From the IMG/VR virus record IMGVR_UViG_3300025490_000005, positions 1 through 29,604 of that record: a stretch of 29,604 nt of DNA; one strand, written 5' to 3'. The stretch is from a virus (Duplodnaviria; Caudoviricetes). Position numbers and translations under genes: made by a program. Shown here piece after piece: positions 1-8,433 of this stretch. Below the pieces are notes generated by a model. It did not search any database. It was not told the DNA's origin and saw nothing but the letters and a program-made list of their open reading frames with translations. How positions within the stretch are numbered: position 1 is the first letter of the stretch; the number at the start of each line of letters is the position of its first letter.

Positions 1-91
1 CCCCCCCCCTCGCCTGTCAATCCAAATTTTGTCAATTTTGAACAATTTTACAGTTCGAGAAGAGATGTGCAGGCATAAAACTGTGGATTAC

Positions 92-116
92 AAAAAGGCA
101 TCGAAAATGCTGCCTT
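92..116 (-). terminator. Probable intrinsic terminator after the recombinase pair
   Basis: Minus strand AAGGCA-GCATTTTCGA-TGCCTT followed by T-run. Confidence 0.55.
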
Positions 117-143
117 GCAAGCATCTACTGTGCCTAAGTCAGT

Positions 144-1721
144 TTATGCTTTGAACTCCTTGCCATCTTTAAACTCAAACAGCATCCTACCGTCCACCAT
201 TACCTTGACCTTCCTTACCGACACCCCCCACAGCTTCTCGTCAAATTCCTCTAAAACCAGCGGTTGGGATTCAATTTCCCTGATAAAATTGCTAAGAACT
301 AACGACTTGTTCTGGCGCTCACGCTGCAGCCTCTCCAGTTCGGCAACCCGCTCCGTGGCCTTGCGGTGCCGCTTCAGATAGCTGTTGTTGCGCTTACTCC
401 ACTCATCCTGACTGGCAGGAGTCCTCGCGTTCTCATAGATTGCATTTTTGGACAGTTCAGTAACCACCTCTATTTCCCGCCTAAGTTCCTCAAGTTCGGC
501 TTCAATCGCCGACTGGTTACATAGAATCTGCTGAGCGAGGCAGCAGTTGGTGAGCAGTTCCTCTCGGCTACCCATCAAAGTGTTAAAAGCCACCAGGAAG
601 CGTTGTTTCACATCGTCCTCGGTTACGTGCGGAGTTTTACACCTTTTACCGTTCTTGTACTTTTCATTGCACCGCCAGATTACCCGGCGGTATTTGGTGT
701 TGGAACCCCAGACCTTGGATCCGTAAAACCCACCACAATCACCGCAGACTATCTTCGCCGAGAACGGGCTGCCGCAGCCGGATGGTCTGCCGAGACCCTT
801 ACGTCGCTCGATTTCTGCCTGCACTGCGTCAAATTCATCCGGCTCGATAATAGCGGGGTGGCTGTTCTGAACGTAGTATTGCGGAACTTCGCCCTCGTTG
901 GGCTTCCGCTTTTTTGTTAGGAAGTCTACAGTGAATTTCTTTTGGAGAAGGGCATCGCCCTTATATTTCTCGTTGCCCAATATACTTATAATTGTAGCAA
1001 CCTGCCACGTTTTTTTACCTGCTGGTGATGGAATACCCTGTCCGGCAAGCTGCTTGGCAATCGCAGAAGGTGTTTTGCCATCTACGAACAGCCGGAATAT
1101 CATGCGCACAATTTCGGCTTCGGATTCCACAATCTTAGGTAAGCCGTCCTCGCCCTTCTCATAACCGAGGAATTGACCGTATGGCAGGCTCACCTTGCCG
1201 TCAGCCATGCGCTTGCGTTGCCCCCATGTAACATTTTCAGAAATTGACCTCGATTCTTCTTGCGCGAGCGAAGACATGATCGTGATGAGCAGCTCGCCCT
1301 TGCTGTCCAGTGTATAAATGTTTTCTTTTTCAAAGTAGACCTCCACGCCTTTTTCCTTGAGCTGGCGAACTGTCACAAGGCTATCTACAGTGTTTCGAGC
1401 AAAGCGGGATACGCTTTTAGTGATGATAAGGTCAACCTTGCCGACTAAGGCATCGGCAATCATCTGCTTAAAGCCGTCACGCTTTTTCGTATTTGTTGCG
1501 CTGATGCCTTCATCTGTATAAACCCGCACAAACTCCCAGTCGGCGCGCTCCTTAATGTACTTGGTATAGTAATCCACCTGTGCCTCGTAGCTAGTCAGTT
1601 GTTCTTCGCTGTCGGTGGAAACTCTAGCATATGCTGCAGTCCTTCGTTTGTCGTTCAAGTGCGTACCAATGGCCGAGTTTTGGCGAAGTGTTGCCGGGAT
1701 TATCCTTATGCTTGAAGCCAT
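144..1721 (-). CDS. Large serine recombinase (resolvase + recombinase + Zn-ribbon + coiled coil)
   Basis: Catalytic AAYARVST, SVSRFARN, HPAII, CGDCG...WRC...C; start placed at ATG 1721 behind GGAGG (track starts at 1733). Confidence 0.93.
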   Translation of the reverse strand: MASSIRIIPATLRQNSAIGTHLNDKRRTAAYARVSTDSEEQLTSYEAQVDYYTKYIKERADWEFVRVYTDEGISATNTKKRDGFKQMIADALVGKVDLIITKSVSRFARNTVDSLVTVRQLKEKGVEVYFEKENIYTLDSKGELLITIMSSLAQEESRSISENVTWGQRKRMADGKVSLPYGQFLGYEKGEDGLPKIVESEAEIVRMIFRLFVDGKTPSAIAKQLAGQGIPSPAGKKTWQVATIISILGNEKYKGDALLQKKFTVDFLTKKRKPNEGEVPQYYVQNSHPAIIEPDEFDAVQAEIERRKGLGRPSGCGSPFSAKIVCGDCGGFYGSKVWGSNTKYRRVIWRCNEKYKNGKRCKTPHVTEDDVKQRFLVAFNTLMGSREELLTNCCLAQQILCNQSAIEAELEELRREIEVVTELSKNAIYENARTPASQDEWSKRNNSYLKRHRKATERVAELERLQRERQNKSLVLSNFIREIESQPLVLEEFDEKLWGVSVRKVKVMVDGRMLFEFKDGKEFKA

Positions 1722-1722
1722 G

Positions 1723-3018
1723 CTACCTCCCACCTTTTACTTTTTCTCGTGCCAATTGTCGCATCTCGTCCGTCCAGCTCTCACGGCGCGACCTGTCCTG
1801 CCAGCCATTTTCTTCTGTATGTCCGTCGCGGAACATGAAGATCAACGTGTTAAAATCCGGCACCCGGATTTCCTTAATCTCTTTTTCGAAGATTTCAGCA
1901 TCAAGCTCATCAAGACCTAGAACCTCGGCACCTGTTGAATAAAGCACAGCTTCCGGTATTTGCTTGGCGTGGCATGCGGCTTTCCCCTTCTGCAAAAAGG
2001 TGGGACACTGCCATGCGGCTTTTCCGGCTTTGACTTTCCTCTTATACTTCTTGCCGCAGCTACCGCAGCGGATGATGCCGCTAAATGGGTATCGGTTATG
2101 GGTATTACTCTTTGCTCCATAAAGCCTGCGCCGCTCTTCCATGACCATTTGTGCTTTTTCAAAGGTTGCCGTATCAATGATGGCAGGATGAGTGCCTTCC
2201 GCGAAATACTGCGGTAGCGCACCAGTATTTCTGACCAACTTTTTTGTCAGATGGTCGGCTACATACTTTTTCTGCAGCAACGCGTTTCCGGCATATTTTT
2301 CATTCCTTAGGATTTCCATTACGCGCTCGCTATTCCAGTCAGCGCCGCGCACGGTGGCCACATTCATTCCCATCAGCTTCTTTGCAATCCTGCCGCCGCC
2401 CATGCCGCCGATATAATCGTCAAAAATCATGCGGACAAGCGCCGCCTGCTCATGTTCGATTTCTATTTTACCTTTTGCGATGCGGTATCCGAACATGAAA
2501 TTGAGTCCGGCCAGTTCGCCGTTCTCAAAACGCTTGCGTACGCGCCACTTACAGTTTTCGCTGGCTGACAGGCTTTCTGCCTGTGCATAGGACGCGAGAA
2601 TGGTCAGCATAAGCTCACCGTCTCCACTGATGGAGTGGATGTTCTGCTCCTCAAAATATACGTCCACGCCTAGTGATTTCAGTTCCCGCACAGTCTCAAG
2701 AAGTGTAACGGTATTCCTGGCAAAGCGTGAAATTGACTTGGTGATGATCATGTCAACTTTACCGTCCCTGCAGTCGGCGAGCATACGCCTAAACTCCGGG
2801 CGGCTATCTTTTGTGCCCGTCAGCGCCTCGTCCGCGTATACTCCGGCATATTCCCAGTCCGGCCGCCGCTGGATCAGTCCGCTATAATAGCTGACCTGGG
2901 CAGCGAGGGATTGAAGCATCGCGTCTTTGCCGCTTGACACCCGTGCGTAGGCGGCAACCCTAAGTCTTTTAGCAAGCGTCGGGGCTGACGTCATTGTTTT
3001 TGTGATGATTCGCTCCAT
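1723..3018 (-). CDS. Large serine recombinase
   Basis: AAYARVSS, SISRFARN, HPAII, CGSCG Zn ribbon; AGGAGG SD. Confidence 0.93.
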   Translation of the reverse strand: MERIITKTMTSAPTLAKRLRVAAYARVSSGKDAMLQSLAAQVSYYSGLIQRRPDWEYAGVYADEALTGTKDSRPEFRRMLADCRDGKVDMIITKSISRFARNTVTLLETVRELKSLGVDVYFEEQNIHSISGDGELMLTILASYAQAESLSASENCKWRVRKRFENGELAGLNFMFGYRIAKGKIEIEHEQAALVRMIFDDYIGGMGGGRIAKKLMGMNVATVRGADWNSERVMEILRNEKYAGNALLQKKYVADHLTKKLVRNTGALPQYFAEGTHPAIIDTATFEKAQMVMEERRRLYGAKSNTHNRYPFSGIIRCGSCGKKYKRKVKAGKAAWQCPTFLQKGKAACHAKQIPEAVLYSTGAEVLGLDELDAEIFEKEIKEIRVPDFNTLIFMFRDGHTEENGWQDRSRRESWTDEMRQLAREKVKGGR

Positions 3019-3041
3019 TAAAAATCCTCCTTCCGTTTATG

Positions 3042-3074
3042 ACATATTCGCTCTAAACGCCCGTATTATCAAGT
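3042..3074 (-). promoter_or_regulatory. Upstream motif, copy 1 (ACTTG.TAAT-N7-TTTAGAG.GA-N1/2-TATGT)
   Basis: ACTTGATAATACGGGCGTTTAGAGCGAATATGT just upstream of the recombinase SD; matching copy at 23318-23351. Confidence 0.55.
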
Positions 3075-3077
3075 GTT

Positions 3078-3233
3078 TTAGCGATAGATACTGCACGAAG
3101 AGAGGCTGTATTTTTGGGCTATTATTATATTGATCTTTGTTAGTTCTTCCTCGGTGATGATGCCCTCGGCAAGCCAAACTCTAAAAACCGCCATTGCCGT
3201 CCTATAATGGATTATTGCCTGCTGTTTACTCAC
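3078..3233 (-). CDS. Small SHOCT-like protein preceding the recombinase cassette
   Basis: WLAEGIITEEELTKI motif; GTG start at 3233 overlapping the upstream stop. Confidence 0.7.
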   Translation of the reverse strand: MSKQQAIIHYRTAMAVFRVWLAEGIITEEELTKINIIIAQKYSLSSCSIYR

Positions 3234-3633
3234 GCGGCACCGCCTTTGACTTGCCATAACAGGCGCGGGAGCAGTATTTACGCTTCTTGTTGCCGTAGCT
3301 CTCAAAGGTGGCGCCGCAGTGGGCGCATATGAAGGTATAGATAGCCTTACGCCTGAGGGCTTCCAGGTGAGTATTCCACCAAGACATGCGGCATTTATCT
3401 GAGCAGAAGCGCTTCTGTTTTGCTCCTACAGTATGGGTGAGCGGGGCTTTGCACTGACGGCAAAGAGCTCCATCGCACTTCTTGGCAATTCCCGTGCTGA
3501 CACCGCCGAGGTTGTTCCGGCGGCAGAATGATTTCACCGTATTCTCCAAGATGCCAAGCTCCGCCGCGATCCTCGCGTAACTGAAACCCTCATCGCGCAT
3601 TAATCTGATTTTTTCTTTTTGCTGATACCTCAT
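3226..3633 (-). CDS. HTH (sigma-70 region 4-like) plus Zn-finger protein, probable regulator
   Basis: GFSYARIAAELGILENTVKSFCRR helix-turn-helix; CRQC, FCSDKC, CAHC, YCSRAC Cys pairs; ATG 3633 with GAGGAGG SD. Confidence 0.8.
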   Translation of the reverse strand: MRYQQKEKIRLMRDEGFSYARIAAELGILENTVKSFCRRNNLGGVSTGIAKKCDGALCRQCKAPLTHTVGAKQKRFCSDKCRMSWWNTHLEALRRKAIYTFICAHCGATFESYGNKKRKYCSRACYGKSKAVPRE

Positions 3634-3697
3634 TTTGATGCCTCCTCTAAAGGCGAGTGCCTTCGCTATAAGCCGGCGGAAAAGGCAAAATCGGTGC

Positions 3698-3747
3698 AAA
3701 AAAATAAGCCCCACTGTACAGAAGAAAAACTCCGCACTAGGGGTCTT
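3698..3747 (-). terminator. Probable intrinsic terminator after the endolysin
   Basis: Long imperfect stem AAGACCCC...GGGGCTT followed by ATTTTTTT. Confidence 0.55.
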
Positions 3748-3766
3748 ACTTGTTATACTCTTGCGG

Positions 3767-4501
3767 CTACTTTGTTGGGATTTTGAGTTTCTGTCCGGCA
3801 ACTATGGTGCCAGATGAGAGCGCATTCATCTCCGATATTTCAGGATGCCGCGCACCGCTGCCAAGCCTAGCCGCTGCGATTTTCCAGAGCGTATCGCCTT
3901 TTAACACTGTGTAAATCTCATAATCGCTCTCTGCCAGTACCTTCCTCACATCAGCCCGGAAAGAATCCATGCTCTTGCCGTGGCGCGGGAACCAATGCAT
4001 CACGTCGGCATGGTTTGAGGCAATGCCGAGCCTGAAACCTTCGCTGTGGCTGATAATATCTGCTTCAGTCAGGCCAAACTGCCCGCAGAGATGCACGCAT
4101 AGCTCCACGGCCTCGTCATATACTTTGCGAAAATAAACGGCGCCGGCTAAATTATCTTCGCAAATTTCAACTGAAATGTGCGTGTCGTTGCCGGAGCCTC
4201 TCACACCTCTGCCGCAGTGCCAGCCGCGATGGTTCCAAGGCAGCGTCTGGTAGGTGGCAATCGAGCCATCAGCAAGCCTTCCGATAAAGGCATGGACGCA
4301 GACCTGCCTGCCATCCGGCCGCTCCTGATTCCAGTGGTTATTGTGCCGGTTTACGCCCAAAAGCCCGTCGTCCGGGCCGACGTAGCGCCGCAGCCACGGG
4401 TTATTCGCCCCGGTGGAATGCACCATGATGCCTTGCGGCGTAATCGTTCTGCCCGACTTGTAGCAGGCGTTGTTTGTGAGTATCAGCTTGCGCAGGTTCA
4501 T
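3767..4501 (-). CDS. Endolysin: N-acetylmuramoyl-L-alanine amidase (Amidase_2) + C-terminal LysM
   Basis: IMVHST, GWHCG, SVEICE, IISHSE, HADV; LysM YTVLKGDTLWKIA...GQKLKIP. Confidence 0.92.
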   Translation of the reverse strand: MNLRKLILTNNACYKSGRTITPQGIMVHSTGANNPWLRRYVGPDDGLLGVNRHNNHWNQERPDGRQVCVHAFIGRLADGSIATYQTLPWNHRGWHCGRGVRGSGNDTHISVEICEDNLAGAVYFRKVYDEAVELCVHLCGQFGLTEADIISHSEGFRLGIASNHADVMHWFPRHGKSMDSFRADVRKVLAESDYEIYTVLKGDTLWKIAAARLGSGARHPEISEMNALSSGTIVAGQKLKIPTK

Positions 4502-4914
4502 TTTGATTCCCCCTCATCGCTAAATTCATTTAATTGCTTCAAAACTGCTATAAGTTTTTTTGGCAGCGGCAGTCCGAGTGTTGCTGCGTTCTCCAAGATG
4601 GAAATGCCCTCGTTGCTCAGATAAAAGAAAATCAGCGCCGTCCTGATCGCGCCACCCTCGCCAATAACCTGGCTGTCTAGCATATGCCCAAGGCCAACCA
4701 GCGCGAAGATAAGCACCTTTTTAAAGATACCTTTTGAACCGATTTCACTTGAGAGCTTTTTGTTCATGATTGCGCACATCACGCCGGTCAGGTAATCGAC
4801 CACCACAAAGACAATTAAGGCATAAAGAAAACCGTCCAACCCGCCCAAAAACCAGCCTAGAAAACCGCCGATAGCTGCAAAGGCCGCCTGTACGTTGCTC
4901 CAGATAGATTTCAT
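4498..4914 (-). CDS. Holin (phage holin 4_1 / toxin-secretion type)
   Basis: Hydrophobic helices, DYLTG, NEGISILEN; ATG 4914 with GGAGG SD; overlaps endolysin start. Confidence 0.9.
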   Translation of the reverse strand: MKSIWSNVQAAFAAIGGFLGWFLGGLDGFLYALIVFVVVDYLTGVMCAIMNKKLSSEIGSKGIFKKVLIFALVGLGHMLDSQVIGEGGAIRTALIFFYLSNEGISILENAATLGLPLPKKLIAVLKQLNEFSDEGESK

Positions 4915-4941
4915 AAGTAAAACCTCCGTCTCAAAAAGGAT

Positions 4942-4980
4942 AAAAAAAGAACGCCCGCCGGCTGTGCGGCAAAGCGCCCT
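4942..4980 (-). terminator. Intrinsic terminator-like hairpin between tail and lysis genes
   Basis: AGGGCGCTTTGCCG-CACAGC-CGGCGGGCGTTCT followed by T-run. Confidence 0.65.
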
Positions 4981-4991
4981 AAGAACTATAC

Positions 4992-6380
4992 TCATTTAAA
5001 TACCCGCTTGCCTCTGCCGCTTTCCGGCTTAATCGCCCTGTCAATCAAGTCTCTGATGTTTAAGCGTCCTTTTTCAGCGCCGCTGTCTACCGTAAACTCC
5101 GTCATAAAACCATTCTTGCCAAGAGTATGCCTGACAGTCGTAACTATCCCCAGAATCTGAGTTCCGTCATCTGAAATGATCCTTGCTTCATCGCCAACCA
5201 AAAGGTGCGGGCGTACCGGCCCGACGAATGTTTCAACTACACCCGCCTCAGAGAGCCTTTCCGCTATGCCGTCGATGATGGCCTGAACCTCGGTTTGCTC
5301 GGAATTGTCCGGAAACTGGATATGCAGCGTCTTTTGCGGCGCCAGTATCCACATCTGCTCTACCGTAACAGGCGAGTACAGATAACTCATGCCGCTTGCG
5401 GTGTTGAACCGTCCGCACACTTTAGCATATATGCCTTCATCGTCCCTTGCAATGTCACGGCTCCAGACATCTTTTCCCCTCTCAAACGTGTACGCACTGT
5501 TTACTTGAACTGGAGGGTAGGAAACTGCCGACCCTACGACAATCCTGCCTTCCATCGTTTCTAGCATAACCCAGTTCAACGCGGCTCTAATCAGCTCATT
5601 TAATGCGTCGAGCACCCCGGTTTCAGGTGTAAATAATATGCCAAATTTCCACGCGTTCGGATCCGTAGTTGATTGCACATCATAATTTTCAATGCCGGCA
5701 TCTCGTAATAATTTGACCACGTTAAGATGATATGTTTGGAAGGGAAACGCGTGATTCTCGTTTAGCGACTGGTCGCGCAAGAGCTTGCCGCTGATGCTGC
5801 GCCCCTCAACCGCAGCGTGATTTTTTGTCACACCCATATTTACCCGGTCCACATACTGCACACCCATCGGATACTCTTCGCTATCACCCAGCTTCAAAAA
5901 TAGTTCGACCTTCATGCCGGGCGATATTCTAGATACTTGCTCCCCTGAGATAAGCTGTTTTGGGTTTTCCAGCGTCATGTTAAATGAGGCAATCGGTGAA
6001 CCTTGATTCATCTCGATTGTACAGTCACTAAGGTACTTGCTAAAATCTATTTTAGCATCCCAAATCGCAAAGCGCTGCCGCTCGGGCGATAAGACCACAT
6101 CATCCTTTAAAACTTCTCTTTGATGCCATGCACCGAATATCCCCACACGTGGAACGCTTTTAATCCGCAAAAGCGACATATTTTTGTCTGCTGTCCCTAT
6201 GAAGCCTTCGCCAAATTCCGGTGTGCTCCAATCCACATCACCGGCTCCCGGTTTCCACTGCCTTGCCCGCAGGCGCCCTCCGGCGACGTTAAAGAGGTAC
6301 ACACTGTTGTCGTCAAGGTGAACTGCGGCAGGCTCTGCACCTTGGCCCAAATTAGCAGTATGTTCAAATATCAGCTCCAT
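4992..6380 (-). CDS. Tail-tip / baseplate hub-like protein
   Basis: Position in tail module; pattern PGMKVELFLKLG...YVDRV...VEGRS and C-terminal VTTVRHTLGKNGFMTEF resemble gpD/Mu gp44-like hub proteins. Confidence 0.55.
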   Translation of the reverse strand: MELIFEHTANLGQGAEPAAVHLDDNSVYLFNVAGGRLRARQWKPGAGDVDWSTPEFGEGFIGTADKNMSLLRIKSVPRVGIFGAWHQREVLKDDVVLSPERQRFAIWDAKIDFSKYLSDCTIEMNQGSPIASFNMTLENPKQLISGEQVSRISPGMKVELFLKLGDSEEYPMGVQYVDRVNMGVTKNHAAVEGRSISGKLLRDQSLNENHAFPFQTYHLNVVKLLRDAGIENYDVQSTTDPNAWKFGILFTPETGVLDALNELIRAALNWVMLETMEGRIVVGSAVSYPPVQVNSAYTFERGKDVWSRDIARDDEGIYAKVCGRFNTASGMSYLYSPVTVEQMWILAPQKTLHIQFPDNSEQTEVQAIIDGIAERLSEAGVVETFVGPVRPHLLVGDEARIISDDGTQILGIVTTVRHTLGKNGFMTEFTVDSGAEKGRLNIRDLIDRAIKPESGRGKRVFK

Positions 6381-6392
6381 CTGCTGCCTCCT

Positions 6393-8420
6393 TTAAGCCG
6401 GAGTTCCGTACTGGATGCTAAATCCCACATCGATAACAAACTGGTCTGTTTTATGCACCCCGTCAACGATGTAATCCGCTGTTATGCTCGTTCCTGCCGG
6501 CGGTGCTATGTCAAACCTGATTCTGGTAGTTCTTGCGGCATTCTCGTAAACCCTCGTGATGCCTTGTGACCAACCCGAAGCCACTGCAATCATCGACCCA
6601 TCAGCTGAAATTGCTATGTCTTCACCCGTTGTGACAGGGAAAACAACAGGGGCTTGCCGCATAAGCCAAGCGGAACCGCTCCAGTCATATAGCAACATAG
6701 TCGCCGCCGCAGCAAGCACTGACCCGTCGGCAGAAAGGGCAACACTCGCGCCCCAGGGTGGCAAGGCCGCAGGGTTCGGCCGCCTGAGCCAAGCAGTGCC
6801 GTTCCAGTCGTAGGTCGAAAGGAAAGGGGAAGTGTCATGCCCGACAGCTAGCACTGACCCATCAACAGAAAGTGCTGCGCCTCTGCCGTGACCGGCTGGA
6901 AGTATTGCAGGATTAGGGCGTCTAATCCAAGCAGAGCCGCTCCAATCATATGTCGATATAAATGGCGTGGTATTATGCGCCACAGCAAACACCCTGCCAT
7001 CGGCAGAAAGGGCAGCGCTGTTACCGGGACCGGCTGGAAGTGCGGCAGGGTTAGGACGTCTCGCCCAAATAGCGCCGGTCCAATCATAGATAGACATAAA
7101 GGGCGAAAATTCATGCGCCACAGCAAATACCCTGCCATCTGATGAGAGCGCCAGTCCCCAACACTCGCCAGCAGGCAATACCGCAGGGTCAGGCCGCCTG
7201 ATCCAGGCTGTGCCATTCCAGTCGTAGGTTGAGATGCGAGGCAAACTAAAATGCCCAACAGCAAGCACCCTGCCATCAGCAGAAAGAGCTACGCTGCGCC
7301 CGTCCCCCGCAGGAAGTATCGCAGGGTCAGGGCGCCTGACCCATACTAGGCCGACGCGATCATGTGTCAAAACAACAGGGTTGAATGCCATTGTGAGAGC
7401 AAAGAGTGTGCCATCAGCAGAGAGCGCTACACCGCTATTGTGCGACGGCGGCGAAGGCATGTTAAAACAATAATTGCCTCCGGTGCCTATCAGCGTCCGC
7501 GTGAATGCCGCCGTGGACAGATCATTTAGCTTTACATCTATTGACGCCTGCCGTATATTCCTTGAAGGCAACACAAAATCCCGCGTCACACCGTCACCGT
7601 TGCCCACCGGGACATTAATGTAGGCTTGCCCGGCAAAGACGTTTGCCAAAGGCAGCCTAGCCCTAAAGACGTTGCTAAAAATATACTCGGCCGCGTGTCC
7701 GTTGCCGACAGTTGTGCCAAAACGCATAATTCCTGTGGTTCGCCTTCTGTTTGCGGTATCTGCCGTCCACGTGGCGGCAGCAGTGCTTCCAAGCGCCGGC
7801 TGTGAGCCGAGTCCTGTCATTTGTGTGGAGCCTGCGCCGACCGCCTCGCCAAGCGAAAACACGCCGCTTGGTGCAGCAGCGCCGCCAATCAAATAATTCA
7901 CAAGGCCGTTGCCATTTGGCATATTGATATAGACAACATCAGCAGGCGCACTAAATGTAACAAAGATAGTCGCAAAAATCGTGACAACATCTACGCTTGT
8001 CTTAAGAATTGTGATCGGATTGCCGGCCGCATCTTCAAGCAACGCGTGAGTCACAAGGTTTGTCGTTCCCGTACCGAAAGCCACGCCCACCTCAGAGAGA
8101 CTCGCGCCGACAAATTCCTCCGGGTTAAGCACAACCCTGCGCCGCCACGACGAATTCGGGAAGGCGCGCACAAGCGTGTCATCAGTTGCCGCTCTAGTGC
8201 CAAGATGGGTAAATAACGATGTCCTTGTGGCCGCGAGCGCGCCTGTGCCTGTACCGAAGTGGATATTGACAAAATATGCATTGCCGGCACATAAGCGTGT
8301 CCACATCTGGTCTAGCACAATGTTATATGCCTTTGCTTGTTGTTTGAGTTCACCGCTTAAGGCGTCCCTGACTTCAACATCAAAGCGGTTGTGCAGCGTG
8401 ATAGCCGTTTCTACTTTCAT
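6393..8420 (-). CDS. Tail protein with 7-bladed beta-propeller, candidate receptor-binding protein
   Basis: Seven (L/I)S(A/S/V)DG blade motifs, 46-aa repeats; tail module location. Confidence 0.7.
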   Translation of the reverse strand: MKVETAITLHNRFDVEVRDALSGELKQQAKAYNIVLDQMWTRLCAGNAYFVNIHFGTGTGALAATRTSLFTHLGTRAATDDTLVRAFPNSSWRRRVVLNPEEFVGASLSEVGVAFGTGTTNLVTHALLEDAAGNPITILKTSVDVVTIFATIFVTFSAPADVVYINMPNGNGLVNYLIGGAAAPSGVFSLGEAVGAGSTQMTGLGSQPALGSTAAATWTADTANRRRTTGIMRFGTTVGNGHAAEYIFSNVFRARLPLANVFAGQAYINVPVGNGDGVTRDFVLPSRNIRQASIDVKLNDLSTAAFTRTLIGTGGNYCFNMPSPPSHNSGVALSADGTLFALTMAFNPVVLTHDRVGLVWVRRPDPAILPAGDGRSVALSADGRVLAVGHFSLPRISTYDWNGTAWIRRPDPAVLPAGECWGLALSSDGRVFAVAHEFSPFMSIYDWTGAIWARRPNPAALPAGPGNSAALSADGRVFAVAHNTTPFISTYDWSGSAWIRRPNPAILPAGHGRGAALSVDGSVLAVGHDTSPFLSTYDWNGTAWLRRPNPAALPPWGASVALSADGSVLAAAATMLLYDWSGSAWLMRQAPVVFPVTTGEDIAISADGSMIAVASGWSQGITRVYENAARTTRIRFDIAPPAGTSITADYIVDGVHKTDQFVIDVGFSIQYGTPA
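6669..7343 (-). repeat. Tandem 138-bp coding repeats (propeller blades)
   Basis: Trp codons of W.RRP(D/N)PA start at 7343, 7205, 7067, 6929, 6791 (138-bp period), then a shorter 123-bp unit. Confidence 0.9.
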
Positions 8421-8433
8421 GCTCTTTTCCTCC

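Noticed and set aside
3645-3670. Possible third copy of the TTTAGAG motif
   Set aside because: Lacks the upstream CTTG.TAAT and downstream TATGT blocks; overlaps the SD.
3634-3801. Upstream extensions in track ORFs (3801, 4995, 13944, 20398, 21962, 23499)
   Set aside because: They run through terminators or neighbouring genes; downstream starts have good SD sites and family-typical N-termini.
6669-7343. Repeats considered as a CRISPR array or DGR template/variable pair
   Set aside because: In-frame 138-bp protein repeats without spacers; no cas or reverse transcriptase gene in the window.
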